A DNA stretch of 64,000 nucleotides from Eledone cirrhosa (lineage: Eukaryota): NCBI GenBank assembly GCA_964016885.1, contig OZ024743.1, forward strand, positions 267,654,001-267,718,000, in the 5' to 3' direction. The stretch's first letter is position 1. Every line of letters starts with the position of its first letter. Below the pieces are notes generated by a model. It was not told where the DNA came from. It saw nothing but the letters and a program-made list of their open reading frames with translations, and ran no database searches. Shown piece after piece: positions 12,793 to 27,614 of this stretch. Both the position numbers and the translations under genes were made by a program.

Positions 12793-15700
12793 ATTCTGGT
12801 TTTATAATTTCACAAATGTTTACCAATAGAAAGAGAGAATGTCGGTTTCTAACATAGACACAAGACTCTTTCATTGGAATTTACACAACATCAACTAGTT
12901 ATGCATGCATACATAATCTGGATATGGATGTTATTGTATGTGTGGATGTGGATGTTTTGAGTTGTATGTGTGGATGTGTATATGCTTTGTATCTGTACAT
13001 GGGTATATGCAGTTATTAGATGCAACATTTTTGGAATGTTTTACATATTTTTACTGTTCCATTAATGGATTGTACTTGTAATTTCCTAACTTGTGTTCTT
13101 TCTGTTCCTGTGAAGCCTAGCTTCTCAAGATTTGTATTGAGGCAGTTACTAACATACCCCAGTGTCCCAATAATCACAGGCATAAATCTGAAGGTGTAAT
13201 CAGCGTAGAGTATCTGCAGATTTTCCCACCAGTTTGCATAAACAATCTCTTTTTCGCTAATCTTTGATATTATATTGGCATCTGCTGGGCAGCTAATTTC
13301 CACTACTGTGCATGCTTTCTCTTCTCTGTCCCATATCATAATATTTGGCCTGTTATGCCTGCATTTGATTGGGGTTTTTACTGGAACATTCCACCATTAC
13401 TCTTTCATATTATGTGAATGGATGTCTTCCACATTGCTGTAGTTTTAATGTGTATCGGGGCTATATTTTCTACGGATTGCAGCGTGCAGTGTTTTGGCCA
13501 CTACATCATGCCTCATAGGTAGATAGTACCGGGATGACATCTGTAGCAGTCCTCTTCAGATACCGGTGAAACAGTTAGGCCATTGATGACAATGTTGCTA
13601 GATTGGGTTGTTGTTGTTTCCCCGCTTTACAGTCATATATGTGCATTTATATTGGCCAATCTCCATTCCTCTATCCTTTGAGAACGTTGTAACCAGGTCA
13701 AGATCTTTCTTCATCCCGTCCATGTTCTTGGCATAGAGTTTCAGATAATCCACAAAGAAATGATGGGTTAGGTTCGTATTTCTGTCCTCCTGTGAGCCAA
13801 TGTTGTATCCTTCACATTTCTTGAGCAGAAAGGACAAGGGGTTTAATGACAGGATGAATAATATCACAGAGAGACTGTCTCCCTGAAATATACCCCTGTG
13901 ATATTTTATTTTATCAATTAAAATAGAGTCCTCCTTCTCTGTCTTTAAACTTAAGATAGTAGCCCAAGAAGAAGACAGCTTCTCTATGGCTCTGATAATA
14001 ATGTCTGGGACTTTAGCAAGTTGGAGGGCCTCCATCATCCAAGAGTGGGGAACACAATCGAAAGATTTCCTGTAGTCCAGCCAGACTGTAGCCATATTCC
14101 GCCTAAGTTGTCGCACCTGTGACATCCCAGTTTTGCTGATTAGAAGTTGTTCAGCACATCCCCAAACCCCTTTCTTTTCAGCTGCTTGTTCATCTGTGAT
14201 GATGTTATTATTTCACAGTGATCTTGGAGGAATAGGTTCAGGCAGGCTGTATACATCAGGTTCTGGCATGCAATGGGTCGGTAGTTTTTTGCCAAGTGGG
14301 TGTCTTTGTTCTTAGGGACCGGAAATGTTTGTGCTAATGTCAACCATTCTGCTATAAGTGTATCTCCATTAGGAACTTGTTGGTAGAGGTATGTAAGATA
14401 ACTCCGATAGAATATCAGTTTTTTGTACCAGTAGCCGACAATCATGTCTCTTCCTGGTGTTATCTTGGAGTTGTCCTATCACTGTCTCAAGGGTACCCTC
14501 ACTTATTTCGTATGTTTTTGTTGTAGTGCAGGAGCAATAGTTCTTTCGGATTTATTTTACCCACACTGCATCTTGGTTGAAATTCTTCTTTTCACTCCAT
14601 ATTTTTCTCCAAAAGGAATCTATGTCTTTCTGGGCCTCAGTGACACTTATTATTTTGTCCTTCATATCTCTATAGACTGATGTTTGGTTTCGTCTGAATC
14701 TTTTATTAAGCACTTTTCTTTCATCTACCTTCAGGTATCGGCGTTTTTCGCTAACAGCTCTTAATTCAGTTACCAAACATCGTCTCTATTTTATTTTTCA
14801 CTCTTTGTTGGTGAGGAGTGATGTTTTTGTGTTTGTTTGCATGTAGGGAGCACTGTCGCATATCTTATGGTTTTCGTAGGTCAGCAATCCTTTTTTCTAT
14901 TTTAGTTAGATATGATGGCATTTTTGGTGGTGTTTTGTTCTTGTTAATATCTCTGCTATCACCAAGATAATGCTTCACTGTCGTTGCTAAGGCATATAAA
15001 CAGGCGTTGATTTGCCAAAATGTTGGGTTTTTATCCGTCGTAAATATTCATACCCTATTTCGTCAATAACACGTAGTATTTCATTATTTGATTTTTTATT
15101 AAATATTCTTGTTTTAAAACGTTCAGCAAGAGAAATGTTTATACATGAATTAATTTCTCTCTGGAAGATTTCATTGAGAGAAATTTTCAACTGTTTATAA
15201 TTTTGATTATTATCATTACCGATAGTATTTTCCACAATAGTTGAGGTAGACTCGGATGGTACACGTGGTGTCAAATTTCTTCGATTATTATTATTATCGA
15301 TAGTGTTTTCCCCTGCATTCGAGGTAGACTTAGATGGTACACGTGGCGTTAAGTTTCTTACAGGCATAGTTGTTTCAAGGTACTGTTCGAACAGGCTGCT
15401 ACGAAGTCTTTTAGCATGGCGACCTGTAGCACGTGCCGTTGATCCCATGTTTGTTGTGGGGGACTAACAAATAATAATATTTATCTTATTTTTACGTTCA
15501 GCAAACATCGCTTGTCGGCGTAATTGTTTCGCTGTGAAATAATTTAACTCTGGGTGCATTTCGTCCCAGTGAGGCTTCATTCTGTTCATATAGCCAATGG
15601 AGGGATTGTTTTTTGCCATACTATAACAATTAAATAAATCATCATAAAGTTCGCAACTCCAAGAGAAATGCGATTTATAATGTCGGTTTCTTCTGTAGCT

Positions 15701-15960
15701 GAATAATTTTTGTTTACCTTTCTCGTTGTTTATCTTCGATACTTTCTTAATGCTGGTGTTGTTGTTGATTTTGTGTTCAGCCATGTTGTTTGTAGTAAAT
15801 TCTTGTAAAATGAATTATGTATTTAGTCACTACGAATTTGAATAAAAGGTGCTTCAGTAGATATAGTTAGAATAATAACCAGTTACAGAACATGACTGTA
15901 GTTGTGGCATTACTGTCGGTGGTTGTATTCATCTTAAATTTAATAAATAGTCTCCCACGC
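12790..15960 (-). mobile_element. R4/Dong-clade RLE non-LTR retrotransposon, near full length but degraded and internally deleted
   Basis: N-terminal W..E..D.FNCY..A....GYMNRM..HW motif (15464-15784); RT motifs NYRPIAC, WLDYRKSFDCVPH, GIFQGDSLS (13598-14445); RHDVVAK and RLE domain HNRP..MIWD...VEISCP...EK (13016-13520). Confidence 0.85.
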
Positions 15961-15994
15961 CAAAATATGCGACTGATCGCTTTGACTGTATGTA

Positions 15995-16775
15995 TGTAGT
16001 ATGTCCTGGTTTTATAATTTCACAAATTGCTGCCAATAGAGAGAGAGAGTCGGTTTCTATCATAATGACAAGACTCTCTCATTGGAAATTACACAACATC
16101 AACTACGTAGATATGTATACATCTCTGCATGCATGTGTGGGTATGGATGTTATTGTATGTGTGGATGTGTATGTTTTGAGTTATATGTGTGCATGTACAT
16201 ACGATGTATCTCTGTACATGTGTATATGCAGTTATTAGATGCAACATTTTTGGAATATTTTACATATTTTTACTGTTCCATTAATTGATTGTACTTGTAA
16301 TTTCCTAACTAGTTGTGTTCTTTCTGTTCCTGTGAAGCCCAGCTTCTCAAGATTTGTATTGATGCAGTTACTAATATATCCCAGTATCCCAATACTCACA
16401 GGCATAATCAGGATGGAGTATCTGCAGATTTTTCATTAGTTCTGCATAGATATTCTCCTTTTCGCTAATATTTGATATTATATTGGCAACTGCTGAGCAG
16501 CTAACTTCCACTACTGTGCATGCTTTCTTTTCCCTGTCCCATATCATTTTATCTGGTCTGTTATGCCTGCATTTTATTGGGGTTTTTACTGGAGCATTCC
16601 ACCAGTACTCTTCCACATGGCTGTAACTTTTAACGTGTTTATTATCAGGGCTATCGTTTCTACGGATTACATTTTACAGTGTTTTGGCCACTACATCATG
16701 CCTCATAGGTAAATAGTACCGCGATGACATCTTTGGACAGCTGCTGATGACATGGGTGACACCTTCGATGTTTTT
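15995..16775 (-). mobile_element. Second, 5'-truncated copy of the same R4/Dong-like element (zinc-knuckle end, RLE domain, 3' UTR)
   Basis: High similarity to 12790-13540; HNRPDKMIWDREKK...VEVSC; VTHVISSCPKMSSRYYLPMRHD. Confidence 0.85.
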
Positions 16776-16825
16776 TCATGCCATGTCAGTAGAATGAGCC
16801 CCTCATTATTGTTCTTGTGTTGGCA

Positions 16826-16866
16826 TGTAAACACAATGATTCTGGGCATTACCCTTCATCAGTACA
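16826..16866 (-). ncRNA. Hammerhead ribozyme motif with one core substitution (GAAA>GAAT)
   Basis: Minus strand: tgta-CTGATGA-a-ggg-taatg-ccc-a-GAATC-attgt-GTT-taca. Confidence 0.55.
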
Positions 16867-17059
16867 GTTCGCTGTTTACCCTGCCAACTGTCAGAGCTAG
16901 TGAAAATATATGATATTTTCTAAAATACACAGTGACATATCGGCCGGATTTGTATATTAGCTGACAGGCCGATCAGTCAGATCTGCATATTAGCAGATCC
17001 ACTGATCATCCAGATTTATACACACACACACACACACACACACATACATATATATATAC

Positions 17060-17178
<119 letters not shown>

Positions 17179-17567
17179 GAATGGACACAAGAGTTGAAAC
17201 TTTTCATCAACCTCGAATGGATGAAATATAAAATTGATCCGGGTGGGATTTGAACTCAGAGCGAAGAGAGACGGAACGACTACCTGCCAAACACAAAACA
17301 ATGAACATGTATATAAACCACATTGCATGTGATGTTTCAGTCACTTCAGGGTGATGGAGACGATCTATATACACACACCCATTAATTTATGAAAGTCACC
17401 GAATTTACAATGAGCTAATATGGTTTGAAGTTAAACAAATGCAAACGAATTGTCATACTAATAATTAAACAGTAAGTTTATAATGATATTGACATACCTA
17501 CATCTGTGTGGATGAGTCTGGAATTTGTTGTTGAAACGGGCAAAGCTCAGCCGTCGGGCCCCATCTC

Positions 17568-17681
<114 letters not shown>

Positions 17682-17750
17682 GGAGATGTACAATCCCCCT
17701 ATGTATCGAGTACTCACATGACTAGCGGTTTCCTCGGTCTCAGCACCGCA

Positions 17751-17895
<145 letters not shown>

Positions 17896-18503
17896 CTTGA
17901 TTATATATATACACAATCACCTGTAAGTACAGAAGTGCAGGTATCGACACACCATCACAGATCGATGTCATACACAATGAAGCCAGCACTTTAATTCCTA
18001 AGTCATGTCCAGTGGACGGAAACATATCCATCAAAATGGATGAAAAGATATGTTAAGCGCCACGTTAAAAACTACACGTACAAGCATCACTGATGTGATG
18101 TATGGACACAACTGTCAACATTACCGTTATCAAAGAAAACAGTATAAATTTACACTGAAAATATCTTTAAAGGGATTACTGCCGAGAATTATTAGGAACA
18201 TGGCAATTGTTAAAGATGTGTGTCTGTGTGTTGGAGATCATTCGTTTCCGAAATCGAATGTTCAAATGACTGAGCATTCCACCATCGTGTACCCTTAACC
18301 TTGTTCTCAGTGAAATTAATCGTGAGACTGTGTGATAATGTGATAATATTCGATTTTGAATAACTGGGGTCGATTTAATCGACTTTCAGTTCACCTTAAA
18401 TTACTGGTATTGTGCCTATGATAGAAATCATTATATTTAGCGAAAGTATAATAGCATGTATCTATGTGTGTGTCAGTGTATGTCTTAGTATATGTGTTTG
18501 CTT

Positions 18504-18587
<84 letters not shown>

Positions 18588-18672
18588 GTGAAAGCTGCGA
18601 TTCTTTGCTTAAACTTTAATCTGGTATTTAAATAAATAAATAAATATATATATACACACACACACATTTATA

Positions 18673-18728
<56 letters not shown>

Positions 18729-19199
18729 TATATATATCTACACACATATATATATGCATATACATGCATTTGTGTATTAATGTAAGAACACATTTGTCTT
18801 TGTATAGGTGTGTGTAATTAGTTGTTTTTGGATGCTTGTTTGATATTGCATGTATCTGTGTGAAAGTGTGAGCGCGTGTTCATGCATTGCTCTCCTTTCC
18901 AGCCAGCAGACCTACGTCACCACTAGCTAGTCTGCCAGGAATAACATGTAACCAACCAACCAGCCAACCAACCAACCAACTAACCAACGAAGCAGTAAGC
19001 CAGGTTGCCGCCCAGCCAAACGGCCTGCCACCCATCCAGCCATTGCAATCACCTGATCAATGCTGGCCATCAATCATACCCGCTTCTGGCTGCGATTTCC
19101 TATCAAAGCCAACCGATGCGAAAATGCGTCGCCTAGCAACTAGCATTGGCAATATTTTTGGAAAAGACCCGGCTGGTTTGGGAAAGAGCAAATGTGGAT

Positions 19200-19787
19200 A
19201 AGGAAGGCATATTAACTAAATGTACGGACGGAAAGGAAGACACGAAGAAGGAAAGAAGAGAGAAAGGAAGGAAAGGGAAGGAAGATGTGAAGTTAGAAAG
19301 CGATGGGAAAATGAAGAAAGAGAAAGTTTATGGTTTAAAGCAGATGAAGTGGACGGAAGGAGGAGATTGAGTGTTGCATGGTTGCAGATGGAGGGAAGAA
19401 ATTTCAGGTAAGAAGGAGAAACAGAGAAAAGAAAACAAGAAGAATGATGGAATGAAAGAAATAACGAATGCGTAAGGCGAGGAGTAAAGAACCTAAGAGA
19501 AATTGAAAGGTAGATTGCGAGTAGAACATAAAAAGGAAAGCAAGAAAGAAGAAGAAGAAGAAGAAGAAGAAGAAGAAGAAGAAGAAGAAGAAGAAGAAGA
19601 AGAAGATTATGATGATGATGATGATGATGATGATGAAGAACATAAAAAAAGAAAAGTGAGACGGAAAATGAAAGAGAGAGGAGTGCATGTGTTTGTGTAC
19701 GTTGGAAGGGAGAGCTTGTGTGCGTGGGTGTCATGGAGAGAAAGATGGATAGATAGAGAGAGAAATAGAGAGAGAGGGGGAGAGCGA

Positions 19788-19878
<91 letters not shown>

Positions 19879-20000
19879 ATGCATGGGAAGGAGAATTTTC
19901 AAAATGATTAAGGTAAATGAGAGAAAAAGAGTTTAGAGTATTTGTTGGATTAATGGAAGAAATGAAACTGAAAAAATGGAAGTAATGTGAGAATAAAGCA

Positions 20001-20083
<83 letters not shown>

Positions 20084-21050
20084 TGTGTCTGTCTGGTTTT
20101 CAGAGGGGGATTGAAATAGATATAGATTTTGATAGGGAGATTCAGAAAAACATAGGGAGAGAAGTCAGAATGTGTAAAACAATTCTCGATATAAAAGAAT
20201 GATCGAACAATATCGTGAATGAAAGATAGAAACGAAAGAAGGAACAAAATGTGGTTAACCTAAAGTGGGAGGGAAATTGGAATTTATGAATAAAACACAT
20301 AGGATAGAAGGAGCAATATACGCCGAATAAGAGAGTGTAAAGTGATAGAGATAAGAGTAAAGGGTTAGAGAAAGAAGAAAACAGGAAAAATAGGAACGAG
20401 AGGCTGAGTAAAGAATGGAAATGAAGCGAGGAACACAAAGAAAAAGAAAGACGGGAGGAAATTGCGAATGGAAAAAGGAAAAGATAAAAAGAAGAAGAAA
20501 ATAACGAAATATATGAAAGAATGTAAGTATGGAACGAAAAAGCCGAAAGTGTAAAAGGACAGTGCAATATACTTGGTATAGAGTATATATAGCTTTATGA
20601 AAGAATTGAAGCAAATAGACTGAGGGACTAACACCGAAGGAGGAAGGAAAATGATTAAATGGAAATAGTGCAATAACTAAGATAAAACACATGTAAATTA
20701 AGTAGTTGGAGATGGAGAAAGTAATACAAAGAGCGGGAAAATAAATAGACGCGAAAAAAGATATATACAAAGATAGAAAGTAATAGAGAAGTGAAATAAA
20801 ATAAGAAACAGTGAAACTAAGAAAGAAAGAGAAAAGGAGAAAAAAAGAATAATCAAAGAAACTACGAACAGATGGAAGAAGAAAGAAAGTATGAAAGAAA
20901 GAAAATTGAAAGAAAAACAAAGAAAGAAGGAGCTTAATAAAATAAGAAAATAAGTATGTGAGAAAGAATGAAATGCAGAAATGAAGAAAGAAGGAAATTA
21001 TGAAGCAAGGAAAAGAGCAGTGAAGGAAATATGAAATGAACGTAGAAAAT
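19200..21050. repeat. Long purine-rich low-complexity tract including (GAA)n, (GAT)n and (GA)n
   Basis: Strong A/G strand bias; explains the F/S/L-rich minus-strand ORFs. Confidence 0.9.
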
Positions 21051-21136
21051 AATATTGGTTTTGACAGAATGGTCTTAGTGTAGACGGCGGCATAAGGGTG
21101 AGGTGAAGGAGATCGTACCAAAATCACATATATATT

Positions 21137-21365
21137 AGGGTTCTGTCGCTGCGTGACATATTGAGAACGTGCATTCCACTATAGTCTCGGGTTGACCAAT
21201 TACTTGTGAGTGGAATTTGTTAGCCGGAATTTGCAGTTGTACTTCACGTAGGTGTGTGTTTGTGCGTATCTATCTATGCCCCGTAGTTCAGCGGCTCGAC
21301 GAAAAGAGCTCGATGAACTATGTAGCAGACTTGAAGAATAAATACAAGGTTTGATATGATCAAAT
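21137..21365 (+). mobile_element. Degraded SINE of a second octopus-type family (family C)
   Basis: ctatagtctcgggttgaccaattacttgtgagtggaatttg...gcggctcgacgaaaagag; related copy at 42905-43062. Confidence 0.55.
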
Positions 21366-23825
21366 AAATTAATAAAAAAAAAAATAAAATCACCAATACA
21401 GCAGCAGGACGAATACAAGAGATTGATTGTTTAACTCAAGTGCTTCTTTAATGTTTCTGTTGTTTGCGTTGTTGCTTTTGGCTGCTGTTGTTTTTGTCAT
21501 TGTTATTGTTCGTGTTGTTGCTGTTATATATTTTTCTTTCTATATTTGCTGTTATTGTGCACCACGTAAGCCCTGATTTTAAACATTTATGATTAAGGGG
21601 TTTCAATAAAGATTTCATTTTCAGGGTTCTTGTTTACGTTAGTTATACTGTTTACTTTTTAATGTTTACTTTTATGTATGTGTACAGGACCACATATATA
21701 ATGTGTCCTGCCATCGTGAATGTAATATAATGTGATTTGAGAGCAGTCAGTTATAGAAAACGCTGTTGAAGAGATTAGTGTTTTTGTTAGCTTCTTCATA
21801 ACGTCTTTATATACTATCATCAGGGAGGTATCTGTCACTCATTTTAGTTAACTGTAAACATGCGTATGTATTATAGATGTATGCGAAAAAACTAACATCA
21901 TTATTTTTTTTATTGATATCCTATTATATTTCTGCAAGAATAATAATAGTAAAATGTTTTAAAAGATGTAAAAGAGTCACGAGGTAACCAGACAAGAGTT
22001 TCCAACATATACACTATTGCATAAAGTATAAAGGAATGCATAATGTTTCAGTAATGACCTGAAGCACGTCTTCAAGCGAGTTCTGTAAAGACAAATTTGA
22101 CATAGGTTGGATTTGATATCAGAATAAGTTATCAGAAATAAATAATTCAAAATATATTATCCCGCTCTCTAGCGATTTAGAGGTTTACAATACGTAGGTT
22201 ATGTATTGCCCAGAGTTATTCGCCAACAGATGTGAGAATATAATGAATCTGTATGTAAAATTGAGTACAGACAGTACATTAAGCAGGGTTGTTAGTTGCA
22301 GAAATATAATAGAAAGAAGATTTGTGGAAATACGGAATTTTAAGAAGTGGGCGGGGATAAACTGTTTTTCTTTTTTCTTTTGCTGTTTCAATCAGACGAT
22401 TTACTGGGTCTCCAAAATGTGTGAGAAGGAAGCAGGGATAGATACTCTGACCGTTGACTTGGTACGAATGCTCACAAAAAGTGAAATCCTCTAAATGCAT
22501 TCAACCTATAGATAGTGGAGTTAAATCAACTAACGGGTTAAGTCTACTCCCCACGTAGGTTAGACGAACTACATCAAAGCATCTAGTTCGCTAATATAAT
22601 CACTCCACCCTGAACCACTCTGGACCTGTATCGTATTTTATTGACCACGAAATGATGAATGGTAAAGTTGATCTCAAAGCAATTATCACAAGATATCTTT
22701 CTTACGATCTAATAACAAACATTTCATACTACGGTTTCACAACTAAGCACATTCTCCGTTGGCTGGTTGACTGCTTGGAATATAATCTACTTGCTTGCTT
22801 AATATTTATCTGCTGAATTCTATTTCTTTTGAAGACACATCCATATTTGCTCGTACACTAACGAGGCTCAAATATGAAGGAAACACAGGTAATGTTTTAT
22901 TACCAGCTTCAAAATACCGAGTCATTTTATCTTTTTCTTTCAAGACCCAATCATAGTAAAATCAACACTTTCATGTCATATCGATAAAAAAAAAACCTGA
23001 CAACTGCATCCTGTCAATGTCTTCATTTACATTATTTCAGTTAAATCATATTTCCTTAATACGATCCCTTCCATGTTCTTTTTTAGATCACATTGTCACC
23101 AGGTCACTAAATACCTAAAGCAACAGTGAAAACGATTCTAGATCCTTAAATCTAGCTATCCACATAATTATGTTGCGAAGATAACATATCAAAATGTTCA
23201 AACAATACCAGGCAAGTAAAACCCAACATAATTATGCAGAATATTAAGTTTATATAAATCATTAACTGATCAATTCACTTCTATGCTACGTCACTTTCGA
23301 CGTAAATGAAGATAATATTACATCATAGCACGCAAACATATTACAACTAGAACATGTGAATATATGGATAAATAAAGCGCCATGATAAAAGCACGTCGAA
23401 ACGTTCAGCATGTAGCTAAGATAGCATGTGATTACATATGTCAAATAACTTCTAAATCAATGGTTGACTAATTCATTCTAACATTGCTTTAACCAATCGC
23501 TATCATAGAGCTCTACCACACACATTACATATAATTCCTCCTAAATTTTTCGTGACATTTCTCATTACTCATAGAGACTTGTTTTCCCCGACAACTTTCC
23601 TTCCCTCTCTATATATATATCACTCTTTCTGTTAAGTAAACGTAACAAATTCTAACATATAAACACATCATTTAAGGAAAGTGTGAACTACTTAAATGCA
23701 AATTCATTTTATCGATTACTGTGTAAGGCAAAATTCATCAACCGCTCAACTTAACGAATGTACCTTAATAGCGCAAATAATTTTAACAATCCTCTATGAT
23801 ATTTTCAATCTTTCAGGTATAGAAA

Positions 23826-24340
23826 TAATTGTTTCTAATAATGGCATACAGCCAAACATTTGGGGAGGGGTTGTCGATTATATCGATCCCTCTACTTGTC
23901 TAGTGCTTTATTTCATTGACCCCGGAAGGATGAAAGCCGAAGTTGACCTCGGCAGGATTTAAACTCAGAACATATAGAGCTAGAACAAATGCTACTAAAT
24001 ATTTGTCTGGCGCACAAACGACTCTATGAATCCACTTTCAGTTATAGTAATTATTCTTTCTAACATTGGCACATGTCCAAAACTTTTTGGGTATAGGGAA
24101 ATCGATTAGATTCACGTGTACTTTATTTTAAAAGACATTTCTAATTTTGGCCAGCAATTTTAGTGGGAGGGAAAGTCGATTATATCGACTCCAATACATT
24201 ATTTGTCCATTATTTTATCTACTTTTGAAGCATAATAGGCAAAGGTGACTTCGGCGGGATTTAAACTCGGAGCATATATAGCCGGAACAAATACAGCTAA
24301 ATTATTTTCTGACGTTCCAATGACATTGCTAATCCGCCCC
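23826..24340 (-). mobile_element. Two or three diverged family A-like SINE copies in tandem
   Basis: Repeated gtcgattatatcga, gacctcggcaggatttaaactc and gacttcggcgggatttaaactc motifs. Confidence 0.7.
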
Positions 24341-24371
<31 letters not shown>

Positions 24372-24957
24372 GTCATCGTCATCGCCGTCGTCGTCGTCGC
24401 CGTCGTCGTCGTCATCGTCATCGTCATCATCGTTTAACGTCCACCTTCCACGCTAGCATGGGTTAGACGGTCTTGTTCCATTTGATGTGGGAATGGTCGG
24501 GAGTGATAAATAAATAACCAGAAGCAATTTTAAAAGTAAATTCTACACTAGTATTTGAAATCAGTATTTTAACTCACTAATTTTAACACATATTTTAAAG
24601 AATATGACACCATATCTAGAGTGAAAACCCTAAATTCATATGGTACTCATTTATAATATAGCGAGACAACCGGAGATATGGTGAGGCGGTATGTTGTTAG
24701 AGTATCACTACTACAGAAACAACAGAAAAATTGTAGCTGTAGGAGTTGCAGTAGCCGCAGCAGCAACAGCATCACCATCACCGTTATCATCACGATCATC
24801 ATCATTAAATGCAGTGGCAGCAGCAGCAGTAGTAGTGGTAGTAGAGAATGTAACCAATATTACGTAATCTAATGCGCCCTTATTTGTTTAAACATAGATA
24901 AAACATAATTTCATGGAAATATGGCTAATATTTCCTAATGTTGACGCAGATATTATC

Positions 24958-25278
24958 AATAATAATTGTTTCTACTTTTGGCACAAGGCCAGCAATTATC
25001 CAGTGTATTACTGGTACTTTATTTGATTGACCCTCTAAGGATTAAAGGGAACTCCACCGCCTCTTATCAATAATAATAATGGTCTCTTATATAGGCACAA
25101 GGCCACCAATTTGGGGGGAGGGGAAAGTCGACTAAATCGAACCCAGTGCGTGACTGGTACTTTATTTTATCGACCCCGTAAGGATGAAATGCAAAGTTTT
25201 GAACTCAAACCGTAAAAGGGCGTATCTCTGTGCTGCAAAGCATGGTGTACGACCCTATACCGATACTGCCAATCCACA
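24958..25278 (-). mobile_element. Two adjacent family A SINE copies
   Basis: Tail and core twice; head ending ccgatactgccaatccac. Confidence 0.8.
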
Positions 25279-25539
25279 ATAATATCTGTTTTTTTCTATC
25301 AAGATCCTTAAGTTTATCACATCTCCACTCTATCACACCAGCACTATACATTAACACTACAACAGTCCAACTGTTGATAACCAGTATCTTATTTCTACAT
25401 CTTTATTTCATTTTTAACACCAAATTCAGTCTTCATTTGTATTCCTTTGATAATAGTTCTTTCATTTCTTTCTCCTGTATTTAGTTTGTTTTTATGATGC
25501 CTTATACTCGTGGTCGTCAATTTCCTTCATAACTTGTCC

Positions 25540-26230
25540 ATCTAGTAATACAATTCCTTCCATCTTAATTCTACCCCGCTTCAATAGTAGCATTTATGCC
25601 ACATGTTTGTGGCTATACCATTTCTATGTCTATAATGAATGTATGGAAAGTCTGTATAAGGGAATCAGTAAGTTCATAAAGTTTTATGTCATCCATGCAT
25701 CAGGTGGTTTATCTTAAGCTTGCGCCCTCCCCACTCGTAACCCACATTTGACGTTTCAACACCAATAAACGTAAAACCCTAAACAGTAAAAACAGCAAAT
25801 GTGAAAGACTGTCTACATGAAATATACCTCTCTTCACAACTAGCAGCGTTTGTCTATATGATGTCAGTTCAGCCTTCAAACCATCCATACGGCTCAATAG
25901 AAAATGTCTAATGTTAGCTGTAATACCAAACATTTTCAAACATTCTACTATCCAACTATATGGCACAATGTCGTAAGCTTTACGGCAATCGATCCAGACT
26001 ATGACAAGATTTGTGTGTCCTTTTACAATCTTTCAGGATCGCTTTATCAATCAATAATCGATCCTTAGTACCCTGCTTCTTGTACAGCATCTCATCTGAT
26101 CTGCAGGTAGTGTTTCCTCCAAGTATTCATACATTGCCTCAGCAATGACGCCTGTCATACGTTTCCATATACGAGGGAGGCAAGAGATAGGTCTAAAGTT
26201 GTCAACTGCATTTCAATTGCTGGGGTATTT
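25540..26230 (-). pseudogene. R4/Dong-like RT fragment
   Basis: [44 protein letters not shown] with stops and frameshifts. Confidence 0.8.
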
Positions 26231-26961
26231 GAACGCTAAATACGTTGTGATATAACATAAGGAAATATCTGAACCATTCCGCTCTGCCTGTGGACATACA
26301 TTATGGTTATTAAACAAATAAAATGGTTTTAAATTCAGGTGCTTGGGGAGCTATATAGATAAGGGGAGAGAAAGTCGATCGAATTGAACACTTTATTTGG
26401 CTAGTGTTTATTCTATCGCCCTCGGATATATGAAAGGAAAAACTGACAACGCTGGGTTTCACCTCAGCACATAAAGAGCCGAAGCTGGAAAGCTTTTTGA
26501 GCGACAAGCTGACAATTCAGCAAATCCAATGCCATGATACGGTAAATAATGAAATAGGATTATTGAAAATAACACAGAAAGTAAATTAAAGTGAAGAACG
26601 ACTGAAATAAACGTCTTCATCGTCATCGATGAATCATTGAATATAAAAGACATTCTAAAAGTGGTAGGGAAATATCGATATATGTGTAATTGAATATAAA
26701 ACATCCGCCAACTCTATCAGAACCCAACAGTTCTATTGTACACGTGTAATTTAATTAAGGAGAAAGAATAAAATATCCCACCATTTCAATGTCTCGTTAG
26801 TCACCTCCGACTTAATACATTCTACAGACCAATATAAAACAGTTGGCCATATATACTTATAGATTATATTTCATGATAATGCCCATTCATAAACACCCAA
26901 ATACATTAAACTACAGAATGATTACCTAGTACATTTAATAAGTAACAAGAATAGTATATAT

Positions 26962-26995
<34 letters not shown>

Positions 26996-27316
26996 TTCTA
27001 TATATATATATAAATGTAAATTTTTCAAACGCATAAAATAACTAACGAATGCTATAAATAGTAGCTATAAATTGGGCAAACTACCCTGATAGAGGGGAAA
27101 ACGCGGTCAGCAGCCGTTAACAGGAATTATTCTATTCTATACAAAAAGACCCATTAATCTCAACCCTATTCAGATATTTTAAGCTTATTATACTTACTAA
27201 TTTGCGTACCATAAACTCCAAATCCAGTATTTTACCAATTTTGAATACTAACCCATATACTATCTATATTTACCCACCTTTTCCCGCTATTTCTCATTAT
27301 CATTCAATACACGATG

Positions 27317-27507
27317 GATAGGGCCGTGGATTGGTAGTATCGGTAGAGGGTCGGACGCCATGCTTTGCAGCAAAGAGTTACGGCCCTTTATGGTCTGAGT
27401 TCAAATCCGCTGAGGTTAACTTTGCCTTTCATCCTTACGGGGTCGATAAAATAAAGTACCAGTAATACACTGGGATAATTGCTGGCCTTCTGCCAAAAGT
27501 ACAAACA
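27317..27507 (+). mobile_element. Full-length family A SINE with 21-bp TSD
   Basis: ATTATCATTCAATACACGATG at 27296-27316 and 27508-27528; A and B boxes, core and tail all present. Confidence 0.92.
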
Positions 27508-27564
27508 ATTATCATTCAATACACGATGTATTTTGAATCTTTCACAGGGATACAGATGTATCCG

Positions 27565-27614
<50 letters not shown>

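Noticed and set aside
13545-13580. CTGAAGA and GAAAC motifs near the LINE deletion junction
   Set aside because: They lie on opposite strands within RT coding sequence (VSEEDCYR); no HHR stems.
18887-19201. 104-aa P/Q/T/N-rich ORF as a host exon
   Set aside because: Largely derived from (CCAA)n/(CCAG)n repeats; no splice or homology evidence visible.
20255-21127. 290-aa F/S/L-rich ORF
   Set aside because: Stop-poor pyrimidine strand of a purine-rich low-complexity tract; no domain motifs.
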